The translations under genes and the position numbers were made by a program. The notes beneath the pieces were generated by a model. The model searched no databases, had not been told where the DNA came from, and saw only the letters and a program-made list of their open reading frames with translations. Of a stretch of DNA of 46,496 nucleotides, positions 25,888 to 36,362 are shown piece by piece. Source of the DNA: a virus (lineage: Duplodnaviria > Heunggongvirae > Uroviricota > Caudoviricetes); the IMG/VR virus record IMGVR_UViG_2630968543_000003; one strand, given 5' to 3'. Each line of letters opens with the position of its first letter. Position 1 is the first letter of the stretch.

Positions 25888-27476
25888 AACGAACGCCTGT
25901 CCTGATTGATGTGAACGGCGTTCCGCTTCGTGAGAGTCTCAGCTACAACGGGGGCGGCGCAGGATTTGGCGGGCAAATGGCGGAGTGGTTGCCACCGGCG
26001 CAGAGTGCCGATGCAGCCCTGCTGCCTGCGTTGCGTCTGGGGAATGCCCGGGCAGATGATCTGGTGCGCAATAACGGGATAGCGGCTAATGCGGTGGCCC
26101 TGCATAAGGATCATATTGTCGGGCATATGTTTCTGATCAGCTACCGTCCGAACTGGCGCTGGCTGGGGATGCGGGAGACTGCGGCAAAAAGTTTTGTCGA
26201 TGAGGTGGAGGCGGCCTGGTCGGAATACGCCGAAGGGATGTTTGGCGAGATCGACGTGGAAGGGAAACGCACGTTCACGGAATTTATCCGTGAAGGTGTG
26301 GGCGTTCATGCGTTTAACGGCGAAATCTTTGTGCAGCCGGTCTGGGATACGGAGAGCACGCAACTGTTTCGTACGCGTTTTAAAGCCGTGAGTCCGAAAC
26401 GGGTGGACACGCCAGGACACGGTATGGGGAACCGTTTTCTGCGGGCCGGTGTGGAGGTCGATCGATATGGTCGTGCCGTTGCGTACCATATCTGTGAGGA
26501 TGATTTTCCTCGCTCCGGGAGTGGACGATGGGAACGGATCCCGCGTGAACTTCCCACCGGGCGTCCGGCCATGCTGCATATTTTCGAGCCGGTGGAGGAC
26601 GGGCAGACCCGTGGGGCCAATCAGTTTTACAGCGTAATGGAACGGCTGAAGATGCTCGATTCCCTGCAGGCAACACAGCTTCAGTCGGCCATAGTGAAGG
26701 CGATGTATGCAGCGACGATTGAAAGTGAACTTGATACCGAAAAGGCCTTTGAATATATCGCCGGTGCGCCGCAGGGGCAGAAGGATAATCCGCTTATTAA
26801 TATTCTGGAGAAGTTCTCCACCTGGTATGACACGAATAGCGTGACGCTGGGCGGTGTCAAAATTCCGCACCTTTTCCCCGGTGATGATCTGAAACTTCAG
26901 ACCGCGCAGGATTCAGACAATGGATTTTCGGCGCTTGAACAGGCGCTGCTGCGGTATATCGCCGCCGGTCTTGGCGTTTCCTACGAACAGTTGTCCCGTG
27001 ATTACTCGAAGGTCAGTTATTCAAGTGCCCGCGCATCCGCCAATGAGTCGTGGCGCTATTTTATGGGGCGGCGAAAATTTATTGCGTCCCGGCTGGCCAC
27101 GCAGATGTTTTCCTGCTGGCTGGAAGAGGCACTTCTTCGGGGGATTATTCGTCCGCCACGGGCGCGTTTTGATTTTTATCAGGCGCGATCAGCCTGGTCA
27201 CGGGCTGAGTGGATTGGAGCAGGAAGAATGGCCATTGACGGGCTCAAGGAGGTTCAGGAATCAGTGATGCGCATTGAGGCCGGACTGAGCACGTATGAGA
27301 AAGAGCTGGCGCTGATGGGCGAGGATTATCAGGACATTTTCCGCCAGCAGGTCAGGGAATCTGCAGAGCGGGAAAAAGCCGGACTCTCACGTCCGGTGTG
27401 GATAGCGCAGGCGTATCAGCAGCAGATAGCGGAGAGTCGCAGGCCGGAAGAGGAGACAACACCACGTGAGACGTAA
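25884..27476 (+). CDS. B: portal protein (gpB-like)
   Basis: 530 aa; position and size as lambda B; ATGA overlap with W. Confidence 0.9.
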   Translation: MKRTPVLIDVNGVPLRESLSYNGGGAGFGGQMAEWLPPAQSADAALLPALRLGNARADDLVRNNGIAANAVALHKDHIVGHMFLISYRPNWRWLGMRETAAKSFVDEVEAAWSEYAEGMFGEIDVEGKRTFTEFIREGVGVHAFNGEIFVQPVWDTESTQLFRTRFKAVSPKRVDTPGHGMGNRFLRAGVEVDRYGRAVAYHICEDDFPRSGSGRWERIPRELPTGRPAMLHIFEPVEDGQTRGANQFYSVMERLKMLDSLQATQLQSAIVKAMYAATIESELDTEKAFEYIAGAPQGQKDNPLINILEKFSTWYDTNSVTLGGVKIPHLFPGDDLKLQTAQDSDNGFSALEQALLRYIAAGLGVSYEQLSRDYSKVSYSSARASANESWRYFMGRRKFIASRLATQMFSCWLEEALLRGIIRPPRARFDFYQARSAWSRAEWIGAGRMAIDGLKEVQESVMRIEAGLSTYEKELALMGEDYQDIFRQQVRESAEREKAGLSRPVWIAQAYQQQIAESRRPEEETTPRET

Positions 27477-28971
27477 TCTTTCACACATTATTGCCGCAGC
27501 ATTCAATGAACCGCTGCTTCTGGAGCCCGCCTATGCGCGGGTTTTCTTTTGCGCGCTCGGGCGCGAGATGGGGGCAGCAAGTCTTTCGGTACCGCAACAG
27601 CAGGTACAGCTTGATGCTCCCGGGATGCTGGCTGAAACGGACGAGTACATGGCCGGAGGTAAACGACCGGCCCGTGTTTACCGGGTGGTGAACGGTATTG
27701 CGGTACTGCCGGTGACCGGCACGCTGGTGCACCGGCTGGGGGGGATGCGGCCATTTTCCGGAATGACTGGCTATGACGGCATTGTCGCCTGTCTTCAGCA
27801 GGCAATGGCAGATAGCCAGGTGCGGGGCATACTGCTGGACATTGACAGTCCGGGCGGGCAGGCCGCCGGCGCGTTTGACTGCGCTGACATGATTTACCGC
27901 CTCCGGCAGCAGAAGCCGGTCTGGGCACTGTGTAATGACACGGCCTGTTCTGCAGCCATGCTGCTGGCGTCGGCCTGCTCCCGACGGCTGGTTACCCAGA
28001 CATCCCGTATCGGCTCCATTGGCGTGATGATGAGCCATGTCAGCTATGCCGGTCATCTGGCGCAGGCCGGTGTGGATATCACGCTGATTTATGCCGGGGC
28101 GCACAAGGTGGATGGCAATCAGTTTGAAGCCTTACCGGCAGAGGTGCGTCAGGACATGCAGCAGCGGGTTGATGCGGCGCACCGGATGTTTGCCGAAAAA
28201 GTGGCGATGTATACGGGGCTGTCTGTGGAAGCTGTCACGGGGACAGAGGCTGCCGTTTTTGAAGGTCAGTCCGCTATTAAGGCCGGACTGGCGGATGAAT
28301 TAATCAATGCGTCGGATGCCATCAGCGTGATGGCTGCGGCGCTGAACACTCATGATACAGGAGGCACTATGCCGCAATTAACTGCAACGGAAGCTGCCGC
28401 GCAGGAGAACCAGCGAGTGATGGGGATCCTGACGTGTCAGGAAGCGAAAGGACGTGAACAGCTTGCCACGATGCTGGCAGGACAACAGGGCATGAGCATT
28501 GAACAGGCCCGGGCGATTCTGGCCGCGGCGGCACCACAGCAGCCGGTGGCATCCGCGCAGAGTGAAGCCGATCGCATTATGGCGTGTGAAGAAGCGAAAG
28601 GTCGTGAACAACTGGCGGCAACGCTGGCGGCGATGCCGGAGATGACGGTGGAAAAAGCCCGCCCGATCCTGGCTGCCTCACCGCAGGCGAATGCCGGGCC
28701 CTCACTTCGTGATCAGATCATGGCCCTGGATGAGGCAAAAGGGGCAGAAGCGCAGGCTGAAAAACTGGCGGCCTGCCCGGGAATGACCGTGGAGAACGCC
28801 CGGGCTGTGCTGGCTGCGGGATCAGGTAAGGCCGAACCGGTCTCTGCATCCACAACCGCCTTGTTTGAACATTTCATGGCGAATCATTCACCGGCAGCGG
28901 TGCGGGGTGGCGTGTCACAGACGTCAGCAGACGGTGATGCGGACGTGAAAATGCTCATGGCCATGCCATGA
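27466..28971 (+). CDS. C: head maturation protease/scaffold (gpC-like, S49 family; Nu3-like region expected in frame at the C-terminus)
   Basis: 501 aa from a GTG; N-terminus AAFNEPLLLEPAYARVFFCAL parallels lambda C; C-terminal region carries a triplicated EAKGREQLA-type module. Confidence 0.85.
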   Translation: MRRNLSHIIAAAFNEPLLLEPAYARVFFCALGREMGAASLSVPQQQVQLDAPGMLAETDEYMAGGKRPARVYRVVNGIAVLPVTGTLVHRLGGMRPFSGMTGYDGIVACLQQAMADSQVRGILLDIDSPGGQAAGAFDCADMIYRLRQQKPVWALCNDTACSAAMLLASACSRRLVTQTSRIGSIGVMMSHVSYAGHLAQAGVDITLIYAGAHKVDGNQFEALPAEVRQDMQQRVDAAHRMFAEKVAMYTGLSVEAVTGTEAAVFEGQSAIKAGLADELINASDAISVMAAALNTHDTGGTMPQLTATEAAAQENQRVMGILTCQEAKGREQLATMLAGQQGMSIEQARAILAAAAPQQPVASAQSEADRIMACEEAKGREQLAATLAAMPEMTVEKARPILAASPQANAGPSLRDQIMALDEAKGAEAQAEKLAACPGMTVENARAVLAAGSGKAEPVSASTTALFEHFMANHSPAAVRGGVSQTSADGDADVKMLMAMP

Positions 28972-29007
28972 AGTCAGTGCTGACCATCAATATGAGGTTT
29001 TAACAAA

Positions 29008-29355
29008 ATGGTGACGAAAACCATCACTGAACAGCGTGCGGAAGTACGTATTTTTGCCGGTAATGATCCGGCTCATACCGCCACAGGCAGCAGCGGGATT
29101 TCTTCTGCAACACCGGCTCTGACGCCCCTGATGCTGGATGAAGCCACCGGGAAACTGGTGGTCTGGGATGGACAGAAAGCCGGTAGTGCGGTTGGCATAC
29201 TGGTACTGCCGCTTGAAGGCACAGAGACGGTGCTGACCTATTACAAGTCGGGGACCTTTGCGACGGAGGCAATCCGCTGGCCTGACAGTGTGGATGAACA
29301 CAAAAAGGCAAATGCCTTTGCCGGCACAGCCCTGAGTCACGCGGCTCTGCCGTAA
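29008..29355 (+). CDS. D: head decoration protein (gpD-like)
   Basis: 115 aa; DPAHTATG...TPLMLD...KSGTF pattern parallels lambda D. Confidence 0.85.
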   Translation: MVTKTITEQRAEVRIFAGNDPAHTATGSSGISSATPALTPLMLDEATGKLVVWDGQKAGSAVGILVLPLEGTETVLTYYKSGTFATEAIRWPDSVDEHKKANAFAGTALSHAALP

Positions 29356-29412
29356 CACGTTATCAGGCCACCATGGCGGCCTGACTGATTTCTGAATGAA
29401 AGGAACTGATTT

Positions 29413-30441
29413 ATGGGATTGTTTACGACCCGCCAGTTACTCGGTTATACCGAACAAAAAGTGAAATTCCGTGCGCTGTTTCTGGAGCTGTTTTTCCGCC
29501 GTACGGTGAATTTCCACACCGAAGAGGTGATGCTGGACAAAATTACCGGAAAAACGCCGGTGGCGGCCTATGTCTCCCCGATCGTTGAAGGAAAAGTGCT
29601 TCGCCATCGCGGTGGTGAAACCCGCGTGTTACGTCCGGGCTACGTCAAGCCCAAACACGAATTTAATTACCAGCAGGCGGTTGAGCGCCTTCCTGGTGAA
29701 GATCCGGCTCAGCTGAACGACCCGGCCTACCGTCGTCTGCGTATCATTACCGATAACCTCAAACAGGAAGAGCACGCCATTGTCCAGGTGGAAGAAATGC
29801 AGGCGGTGAATGCCGTGCTGTATGGCAAATACACCATGGAAGGGGATCAGTTTGATACTGTCGAGGTGGATTTCGGGCGCTCTGAAGGAAATAACATTGA
29901 GCAGGCTGACGGTAAAAAATGGTCTGAGCAGGACCGTGATACGTTTGATCCGACGCATGATATTGACCTCTACTGCGATCAGGCCAGCGGCCTTGTGAAT
30001 ATCGCCATTATGGACGGTACGGTCTGGCGTCTGCTGAATGGCTTTAAGCTGTTCCGCGAAAAACTGGATACCCGTCGCGGCTCAAATTCACAACTCGAAA
30101 CGGCAGTGAAAGATCTGGGCGCAGTGGTGTCCTTCAAGGGGTATTACGGCGATCTGGCCATTGTGGTGGCGAAAACGTCTTATGTGGCAGAGGACGGTAC
30201 CGAAAAACGTTATCTGCCGGAGGGCATGCTGGTGCTGGGGAATACGGCGGCAGAGGGGATTCGTTGCTATGGTGCCATTAAGGATGCACAGGCGTTGTCT
30301 GAAGGAGTGGTGGCTTCTTCCCGTTACCCGAAACACTGGCTGACCGTGGGCGATCCGTCCTGTGAATTCACCATGACGCAGTCCGCTCCGCTGATGGTGC
30401 TGCCGGATCCGGATGAGTTTGTGGTGGTACAGGTGAAATAA
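29413..30441 (+). CDS. E: major capsid protein (gpE-like)
   Basis: 342 aa; size and position as lambda E. Confidence 0.9.
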   Translation: MGLFTTRQLLGYTEQKVKFRALFLELFFRRTVNFHTEEVMLDKITGKTPVAAYVSPIVEGKVLRHRGGETRVLRPGYVKPKHEFNYQQAVERLPGEDPAQLNDPAYRRLRIITDNLKQEEHAIVQVEEMQAVNAVLYGKYTMEGDQFDTVEVDFGRSEGNNIEQADGKKWSEQDRDTFDPTHDIDLYCDQASGLVNIAIMDGTVWRLLNGFKLFREKLDTRRGSNSQLETAVKDLGAVVSFKGYYGDLAIVVAKTSYVAEDGTEKRYLPEGMLVLGNTAAEGIRCYGAIKDAQALSEGVVASSRYPKHWLTVGDPSCEFTMTQSAPLMVLPDPDEFVVVQVK

Positions 30442-30450
30442 TCCGTGAGC

Positions 30451-30477
30451 GGGGGCGAAATGCCCCCGTGTCTTTTT
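30451..30477 (+). terminator. hairpin plus T-tract immediately after the capsid gene (partial terminator candidate)
   Basis: Stem GGGGGC/GCCCCC with GAAAT loop, then GTGTC TTTTTT. Confidence 0.4.
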
Positions 30478-30492
30478 TCACAGGAGGCTGAG

Positions 30493-30876
30493 ATGGCAAC
30501 AAAAGAAGAAAATCTGAATCGTCTTCGTCAACTGGCTGGCCTGCTGGGGCGCGAGGCGGATATGTCGGGGAGTGCTGCGGATATTGCTCAACGTGTGTCT
30601 GAGTGGGAAGAGGAGCTTGCTGTTTCCCCGGAGGGCATTATGCACTCTGATGAGAGCGGGGCTGATCAAAATCACACAGACGATGGTGAGCAGTTGAACA
30701 ACACGGATGCTCCGGATGATGTTAAAGCCGTCCGGGTACGGAAGTGCCTGCAAGTAATGGGGTATTGCCCGGAGACAGGTCGTCCCGTTGAGCTGGCGTT
30801 ACGGGGTATGCGTGTTCTGGTGCCATCATCACTGGCAACGGCCATGATACAGCACGGAACGGCTGAATATGCGTGA
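30493..30876 (+). CDS. FI: FI-like DNA packaging protein
   Basis: 127 aa from the ATG at 30493 with AGGAGG RBS; position between E and FII; acidic central linker. Confidence 0.55.
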   Translation: MATKEENLNRLRQLAGLLGREADMSGSAADIAQRVSEWEEELAVSPEGIMHSDESGADQNHTDDGEQLNNTDAPDDVKAVRVRKCLQVMGYCPETGRPVELALRGMRVLVPSSLATAMIQHGTAEYA

Positions 30877-31222
30877 TTTTCAGAATGCCTTTGATGCTGC
30901 CCTCGCCGGGGTAGACAGTACGATCGTTGAAGTGATGGGGCTCTGTGCGCAGTTCACCTCGGGGGCACAGTGTGGCAGCGAAGTTCAGGGGGTTTTTGAC
31001 GATCCGGAGTCGCTGGGGTTTGCCGGTGGCGGGGTCCGTATTGAAGGAAGCAGCCCGTCATTATTTGTGCGGACGGATACGGTTCGTGCCGTGCGGCGTG
31101 GTGACACGCTGACCATTAATGGTGAGATATTCTGGGTGGATCGTGTTTCTCCGGATGACGGGGGCAGCTGTTATCTCTGGCTCAACCGTGGTCAACCACC
31201 CGCAGTTAACCGGCGACGATAA
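30869..31222 (+). CDS. FII: head-tail connector protein (gpFII-like)
   Basis: 117 aa; SSPSLFVRTD, GDTLTI and WVDRVSPDDGGSC with C-terminal PPAVNRRR parallel lambda FII. Confidence 0.85.
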   Translation: MRDFQNAFDAALAGVDSTIVEVMGLCAQFTSGAQCGSEVQGVFDDPESLGFAGGGVRIEGSSPSLFVRTDTVRAVRRGDTLTINGEIFWVDRVSPDDGGSCYLWLNRGQPPAVNRRR

Positions 31223-31237
31223 ACGCAGGGTGAAATT

Positions 31238-31771
31238 ATGGCGATAAAAGGGCTTGATCAGGCGATTGACAATCTGAGCCGGGTTCGTAAAAACGCCATT
31301 CCGGCGGCTTCAGCAATGGCCATTAACCGCGTGGCCACAACGGCGATTAATCAGTCTTCATCACAGGTTGCCCGGGAGACAAAGGTTCGCCGGAAACTGG
31401 TTAAGGAACGGTCCAGACTGAAACGGGCGACGGTCAGAAATCCGAATGCCAGAATTATCGTTAACCGCGGTGATCTCCCTGTGATTAAGCTGGGGATCAG
31501 GATGCTGGGGCGTCGCCCGAACAGCATACTTAAAGCCGGTCAGCATCGGTATCAGCGGGCATTTATTCAGCGATTAAAAAATGGTCGCTGGCATGTCATG
31601 CAGCGTGTGGCCGGGAAAAACCGTTACCCCATTGATGTGGTGAAAATCCCGATGGCGGCCCCACTGAAACAGGCATTTGATGAGAATGTTGACCGTATCC
31701 GGCGTGAACGCCTGCCTAAAGAACTGGCATACGCGCTGAAACAACAACTGAGGATTGCGATAAAACGATGA
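31238..31771 (+). CDS. Z: tail completion protein (gpZ-like)
   Basis: 177 aa; MAIKGL..., NRGDLPVIKLG and NGRWHVMQRVAGKNRYPIDVVKIPMA parallel lambda Z. Confidence 0.85.
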   Translation: MAIKGLDQAIDNLSRVRKNAIPAASAMAINRVATTAINQSSSQVARETKVRRKLVKERSRLKRATVRNPNARIIVNRGDLPVIKLGIRMLGRRPNSILKAGQHRYQRAFIQRLKNGRWHVMQRVAGKNRYPIDVVKIPMAAPLKQAFDENVDRIRRERLPKELAYALKQQLRIAIKR

Positions 31772-32163
31772 AACACACTGACATTCGTGCCGCAGTGCTG
31801 GATGCACTCGAGCAGCATGAACACGGGGCGACGCTGTTTGATGGTCGCCCCGTTGTTTTTGACGAAGAGGATTTTCCTGCGATCGCGGTTTATCTGACGG
31901 ATGCAGAGTATACCGGTGAAGAGCTGGATGCAGATACCTGGCGGGCCACACTGCATATTGAGGTGTTTTTACCGGCACAGGTACCGGATTCAGAGCTCGA
32001 TCAGTGGATGGAAAGCCGGATTTACCCGGCGATGACCGCGATCCCGGCACTGGCAGGACTGATTACCACGATGGTTACGCAGGGCTATGAGTATCGTCGT
32101 GATGACGATATGGCGTTATGGAGTTCTGCAGATCTGACTTATTCCATTACATACAAGATGTGA
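31768..32163 (+). CDS. U: tail terminator protein (gpU-like)
   Basis: 131 aa; [24 protein letters not shown] and LWSSADLTY parallel lambda U. Confidence 0.85.
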   Translation: MKHTDIRAAVLDALEQHEHGATLFDGRPVVFDEEDFPAIAVYLTDAEYTGEELDADTWRATLHIEVFLPAQVPDSELDQWMESRIYPAMTAIPALAGLITTMVTQGYEYRRDDDMALWSSADLTYSITYKM

Positions 32164-32170
32164 GGACGAT

Positions 32171-32923
32171 ATGGCAACACCAAATCCCCTTGAGCCGGTA
32201 AAAGGTGCCGGTACCACTCTGTGGGTTTACAACGGCAAGGGTGATGCTTATGCAAACCCGTTGTCAGACGATGACTGGCAGCGACTGGCTAAGGTGAAGG
32301 ATCTGACGCCGGGCGAGATGACGGCAGAATCCTACGATGATAACTACCTGGATGATGAAGACGCGGACTGGACCGCGACCGGGCAGGGGCAGAAATCTGC
32401 AGGTGGTACCAGTTTTACGCTGGCCTGGAAACCGGGAGAGGAAGGCCAGAAAGGGCTTATAGGCTGGTTTGAAAGCGGCGATGTCCGGGCCTATAAAATC
32501 CGTTTTCCGAATGGCACGGTGGATGTGTTTCGTGGCTGGGTCAGCAGTATCGGTAAGGCCGTGACGGCGAAAGAAGTGATCACCCGCACGGTGAAAGTCA
32601 CTAACGTGGGTAAACCTTCTGTAGCGGAAGAACGCAGCAAAATTACGCCGGTCAGTGCGATTAAGGTGACGCCGACATCCGGTACGGTGGCAAAAGGGAA
32701 AACAACCACCCTGACGGTTTCTTTTGAGCCGGAAAGTGCAACCGACAAGACGTTCAGAGCGGTTTCCGCCGATCCGTCGAAAGCCACCATTAGTGTGAAA
32801 GATATGACAATTACGGTAAACGGCGTGGCGACAGGTAAGGTGCAGATCCCTGTGGTGAGCGGAAATGGTCAGTTCGCCGCAGTGGCTGAAGTCACCGTTA
32901 CTGAAGCGGGCGCTGCAGGGTAA
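32171..32923 (+). CDS. V: major tail protein (gpV-like, with C-terminal Ig-like domain)
   Basis: 250 aa; [48 protein letters not shown] and C-terminal Ig-like segment parallel lambda V. Confidence 0.9.
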   Translation: MATPNPLEPVKGAGTTLWVYNGKGDAYANPLSDDDWQRLAKVKDLTPGEMTAESYDDNYLDDEDADWTATGQGQKSAGGTSFTLAWKPGEEGQKGLIGWFESGDVRAYKIRFPNGTVDVFRGWVSSIGKAVTAKEVITRTVKVTNVGKPSVAEERSKITPVSAIKVTPTSGTVAKGKTTTLTVSFEPESATDKTFRAVSADPSKATISVKDMTITVNGVATGKVQIPVVSGNGQFAAVAEVTVTEAGAAG

Positions 32924-32936
32924 ACGGAGGTAATAC

Positions 32937-33368
32937 ATGTTTCTGAAAACAGAACAATTTGAATATAACGGTGTGTCTGTCACGCTTTCCGAATTGTCTG
33001 CGCTGCAGCGTATCGAGCATCTTGCCCTCCTGAAACGGCGTGCAGAACAGGCAGAATCCTGCGGCAACCTGCAGGTAAGCGTGGAAGATCTCGTCAGAAC
33101 CGGCGCGTTTCTGGTGGCGATGTCCCTGTGGCATAACCATCCACAGAAAACGCAGTCACCGTCAATGAATGAGGCCGTGATGAAGATAGAGCAGGAAGTG
33201 CTCACCACCTGGCCTGCCGATGCCATTGCCCGGGCGGAAGACGTGGTGTTGTGCCTGTCCGGGATGATCGAAGCTGTTCGTCCGGATACTGATATTACTG
33301 AAGTGGCGAAAAATAACACGCTGACTGATGATGATTTTTCTGCGGGAAAGTCTTTGACGGCGAGCTGA
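32937..33368 (+). CDS. G: tail assembly chaperone (gpG-like)
   Basis: 143 aa; MFLKTEQFE...LSELSALQRIEHLAL parallels lambda G; ends just after the slippery site. Confidence 0.85.
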   Translation: MFLKTEQFEYNGVSVTLSELSALQRIEHLALLKRRAEQAESCGNLQVSVEDLVRTGAFLVAMSLWHNHPQKTQSPSMNEAVMKIEQEVLTTWPADAIARAEDVVLCLSGMIEAVRPDTDITEVAKNNTLTDDDFSAGKSLTAS

Positions 33369-33808
33369 ACTTTGCCCTCAGACTGGCGCGTGAGATGGGG
33401 AGACCCGACTGGCGCGCCATGCTTGCCGGGATGACATCCACCGAATATGCCGACTGGCACCGTTTTTACCGCACGCATTATTTTCAGGATACCCAGCTGG
33501 ATATGCATTTTTCCGGGCTGACGTACGCTGTACTCAGCCTGTTTTTTTGCGATCCGGATATGCATCCCTCTGATTTCAGTCTGCTTGTCCCCCGGCATGA
33601 GGAAGAGCAGGTGGAGAGGCCGGATGAGGACAAAATGCTGATGCAGAAAGCGGCAGGACTTGCCGGAGGCGTCCGGTTCGGTGGGGACGGAGGGCGCGAT
33701 ATTTTATCGTCTGCGGATGTGGCGGATGTCATGGTGGATGATGCCGCATTAATGATGGCTTCAGCGGGGATTCCGGGAGGTGTGAGATATGTCCCAGCCG
33801 GTTGGTGA
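32937..33808 (+). CDS. GT: G-T tail assembly fusion protein made by -1 frameshift at 33344-33350
   Basis: Downstream -1 frame encodes VFDGELNFALRLAREMGRPDWRAMLAGMTSTEYADWHRFY, paralleling the lambda gpT region. Confidence 0.7.
33344..33350 (+). promoter_or_regulatory. -1 programmed ribosomal frameshift slippery heptamer G GGA AAG
   Basis: GGGAAAG read as G GGA AAG in the G frame; the -1 frame is open from 33335 and continues into the T-like ORF. Confidence 0.75.
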
Positions 33809-36362
33809 TCTTGTTATTGACCTTAGTCTGGATGCTGTCCGTTTCGATGAGCAGATGAGCCGGGTAAGGCGTCATTTTTCAGGTCTGGATACCGACGCCA
33901 GAAAAACCGCCAGTGCTGTTGAACAGGGCCTGAGCCGCCAGGCGCTGGCTGCACAAAAAGCAGGGATTTCCGTCGGGCAGTATAAAGCGGCCATGCGAAC
34001 CCTGCCCGCACAGTTTACGGATATCGCCACGCAGCTTGCCGGTGGTCAGAATCCCTGGCTGATCCTGCTGCAACAGGGCGGTCAGGTGAAGGACTCCTTC
34101 GGCGGGATGATCCCCATGTTCAGGGGGCTCGCCGGTGCGATCACCCTGCCGATGGTCGGGGTCACCTCGCTGGCGGTGGCGACAGGTGCGCTGGTGTACG
34201 CCTGGTACCAGGGAGATTCCACGCTTTCAGCGTTTAATAAAACCCTGGTTCTTTCCGGTAATCAGTCCGGACTGACTGCCGATCGTATGCTGACTCTCTC
34301 AAGAGCCGGGCAGGCAGCAGGGCTGACGTTTAACCAGGCGAGAGAGTCACTGGCAGCCCTGATGAATGCCGGTGTGCGTGGTGGTGAACAGTTTGATGCC
34401 ATCAACCAGAGTGTCGCGCGTTTTGCGTCTGCATCCGGTGTGGAGGTGGATAAAGTCGCTGAAGCCTTCGGGAAGCTGACCACTGACCCGACGTCGGGAC
34501 TGATGGCGATGGCGCGCCAGTTCCGTAACGTGACGGCAGAGCAGATTGCGTATGTTGCACAGCTGCAGCGTTCCGGAGACGAGGCCGGGGCATTGCAGGC
34601 GGCGAACGATATCGCCACGAAAGGCTTTGATGAGCAGACCCGTCGCCTGAAAGAAAACATGGGAACACTGGAGACCTGGGCGGATAAAACAGGGAAGGCA
34701 TTCAAATCGATGTGGGATGCCATTCTGGATATCGGTCGTCCGGAATCCTCAGCGGATATGCTCGCCAGTGCGCAGAAGGCATTTGATGAGGCGGATAAAA
34801 AATGGCAGTGGTACCAGAGCCGGAGCCAGCGCCGGGGAAAGACCTCCTCTTTTCGTGCGAACCTTCAGGGGGCATGGGATGACCGGGAAAATGCCCGTCT
34901 GGGTCTGGCAGCGGCCACGCTGCAGTCGGATATGGAAAAAGCCGGTGAACTGGCGGCAAGGGACCGGGCTGAGCGTGAGGCGTCACAGCTGAAGTATACC
35001 GGAGAGGCGCAGAAGGCGTATGAGCGCCTGCAGACGCCGCTGGATAAATATACCGCCCGTCAGAAAGAGCTGAATAAGGCCCTGAAAGACGGAAAAATCC
35101 TGCAGGCGGATTACAACACGCTGATGGCGTCGGCAAAAAAGGATTATGAATCGACGCTGAAAAAGCCGTCAGGTGTGAAGGTGTCTGCCGGTGAGCGCCA
35201 GGAAGACCGGGCGCATGCAGCCATGCTGGCGCTTGAAACCGAGCTCAGGACGCTGGAAAAACACAGCGGTGTGAATGAGAAAATCAGCCAGCAGCGCCGG
35301 GATTTATGGGAAGCGGAAAATCAGTATGTGGTCCTGAAAGAGGCCGCCACGAAACGGCAGTTATCTGAGCAGGAAAAATCCCTGCTGGCCCATGAGAAAG
35401 AAACGCTGGAGTACAAACGCCAGCTGGCTGAGCTGGGCGACAAGATAGAACACCAGAAGCGGCTGAATGAGCTGGCACAGCAGGCGGCGCGGTTTGAACA
35501 GCAGCAGAGCGCGAAGCAGGCGGCAATCAGCGCAAAAGCCCGCGGCCTCACTGACCGTCAGGCGCAGCGGGAGTCGGAAGAGCAGCGCCTTCGTGAGGTG
35601 TACGGTGATAATCCGGCTGCGCTGGCGAAGGCCACATCGGCACTGAAGAACACCTGGTCTGCGGAGGAGCAGCTTCGTGGAAGCTGGATGGCCGGGATGA
35701 AGTCCGGCTGGGGCGAGTGGGCGGAAAGTGCGACGGACAGTTTTTCGCAGGTTAAAAACGCGGCCACGCAGACCTTTGACGGTATTGCACAGAATATGGC
35801 GGCGATGCTGACCGGCAGTGAGCAGAACTGGCGTGGTTTCACCCGTTCCGTGCTCTCCATGCTGACAGAGATTTTTCTGAAGCAGGCAATGGTGGGGATT
35901 GTCGGAAGTATCGGCAGCGCCATTGGCGGGGCTGTTGGTGGTGGCGCATCCGCGTCAGGCGGTACAGCCATTCAGGCTGCGGCGGCGAACTTCCATTTTG
36001 CGACCGGAGGATTTACGGGAACCGGCGGCAAATATGAGCCAGCGGGGATTGTTCACCGTGGTGAATTTGTCTTCACGAAGGAGGCAACCAGCCGGATTGG
36101 TGTCGGCAACCTGTACCGCCTGATGCGGGGCTATGCGGAAGGGGGGTATGTGGGTGCTGCCGGAAGTCCGGCGCAGATGTGGCGGGCCGAAGGCATTAAT
36201 TTTAATCAGAACAATCACGTGGTGATTCAGAACGACGGTATCAACGGACAGGCGGGGTCGCAGCTGATGAAGGCGGTGTATGACATGGCCCGCAAGGGGG
36301 CACAGGATGAACTCCGGCTGCAGTTGCGTGATGGCGGTCTGTTATCAGGGAGCGGTCGATGA
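33789..36362 (+). CDS. H: tail tape measure protein (gpH-like)
   Basis: 857 aa; long helical Ala/Gln/Glu-rich protein with a Gly-rich segment near the C-terminus; position after G-T. Confidence 0.9.
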   Translation: MSQPVGDLVIDLSLDAVRFDEQMSRVRRHFSGLDTDARKTASAVEQGLSRQALAAQKAGISVGQYKAAMRTLPAQFTDIATQLAGGQNPWLILLQQGGQVKDSFGGMIPMFRGLAGAITLPMVGVTSLAVATGALVYAWYQGDSTLSAFNKTLVLSGNQSGLTADRMLTLSRAGQAAGLTFNQARESLAALMNAGVRGGEQFDAINQSVARFASASGVEVDKVAEAFGKLTTDPTSGLMAMARQFRNVTAEQIAYVAQLQRSGDEAGALQAANDIATKGFDEQTRRLKENMGTLETWADKTGKAFKSMWDAILDIGRPESSADMLASAQKAFDEADKKWQWYQSRSQRRGKTSSFRANLQGAWDDRENARLGLAAATLQSDMEKAGELAARDRAEREASQLKYTGEAQKAYERLQTPLDKYTARQKELNKALKDGKILQADYNTLMASAKKDYESTLKKPSGVKVSAGERQEDRAHAAMLALETELRTLEKHSGVNEKISQQRRDLWEAENQYVVLKEAATKRQLSEQEKSLLAHEKETLEYKRQLAELGDKIEHQKRLNELAQQAARFEQQQSAKQAAISAKARGLTDRQAQRESEEQRLREVYGDNPAALAKATSALKNTWSAEEQLRGSWMAGMKSGWGEWAESATDSFSQVKNAATQTFDGIAQNMAAMLTGSEQNWRGFTRSVLSMLTEIFLKQAMVGIVGSIGSAIGGAVGGGASASGGTAIQAAAANFHFATGGFTGTGGKYEPAGIVHRGEFVFTKEATSRIGVGNLYRLMRGYAEGGYVGAAGSPAQMWRAEGINFNQNNHVVIQNDGINGQAGSQLMKAVYDMARKGAQDELRLQLRDGGLLSGSGR

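Noticed and set aside
32264-33598. 444-aa minus-strand ORF over the V/G/T genes, and similar long antisense ORFs (24219-24920, 25713-26870, 36739-37476, 39800-40675)
   Set aside because: They run antisense to head and tail genes with strong lambda-colinear homology; Arg/Pro/His-rich translations typical of GC-rich antisense frames.
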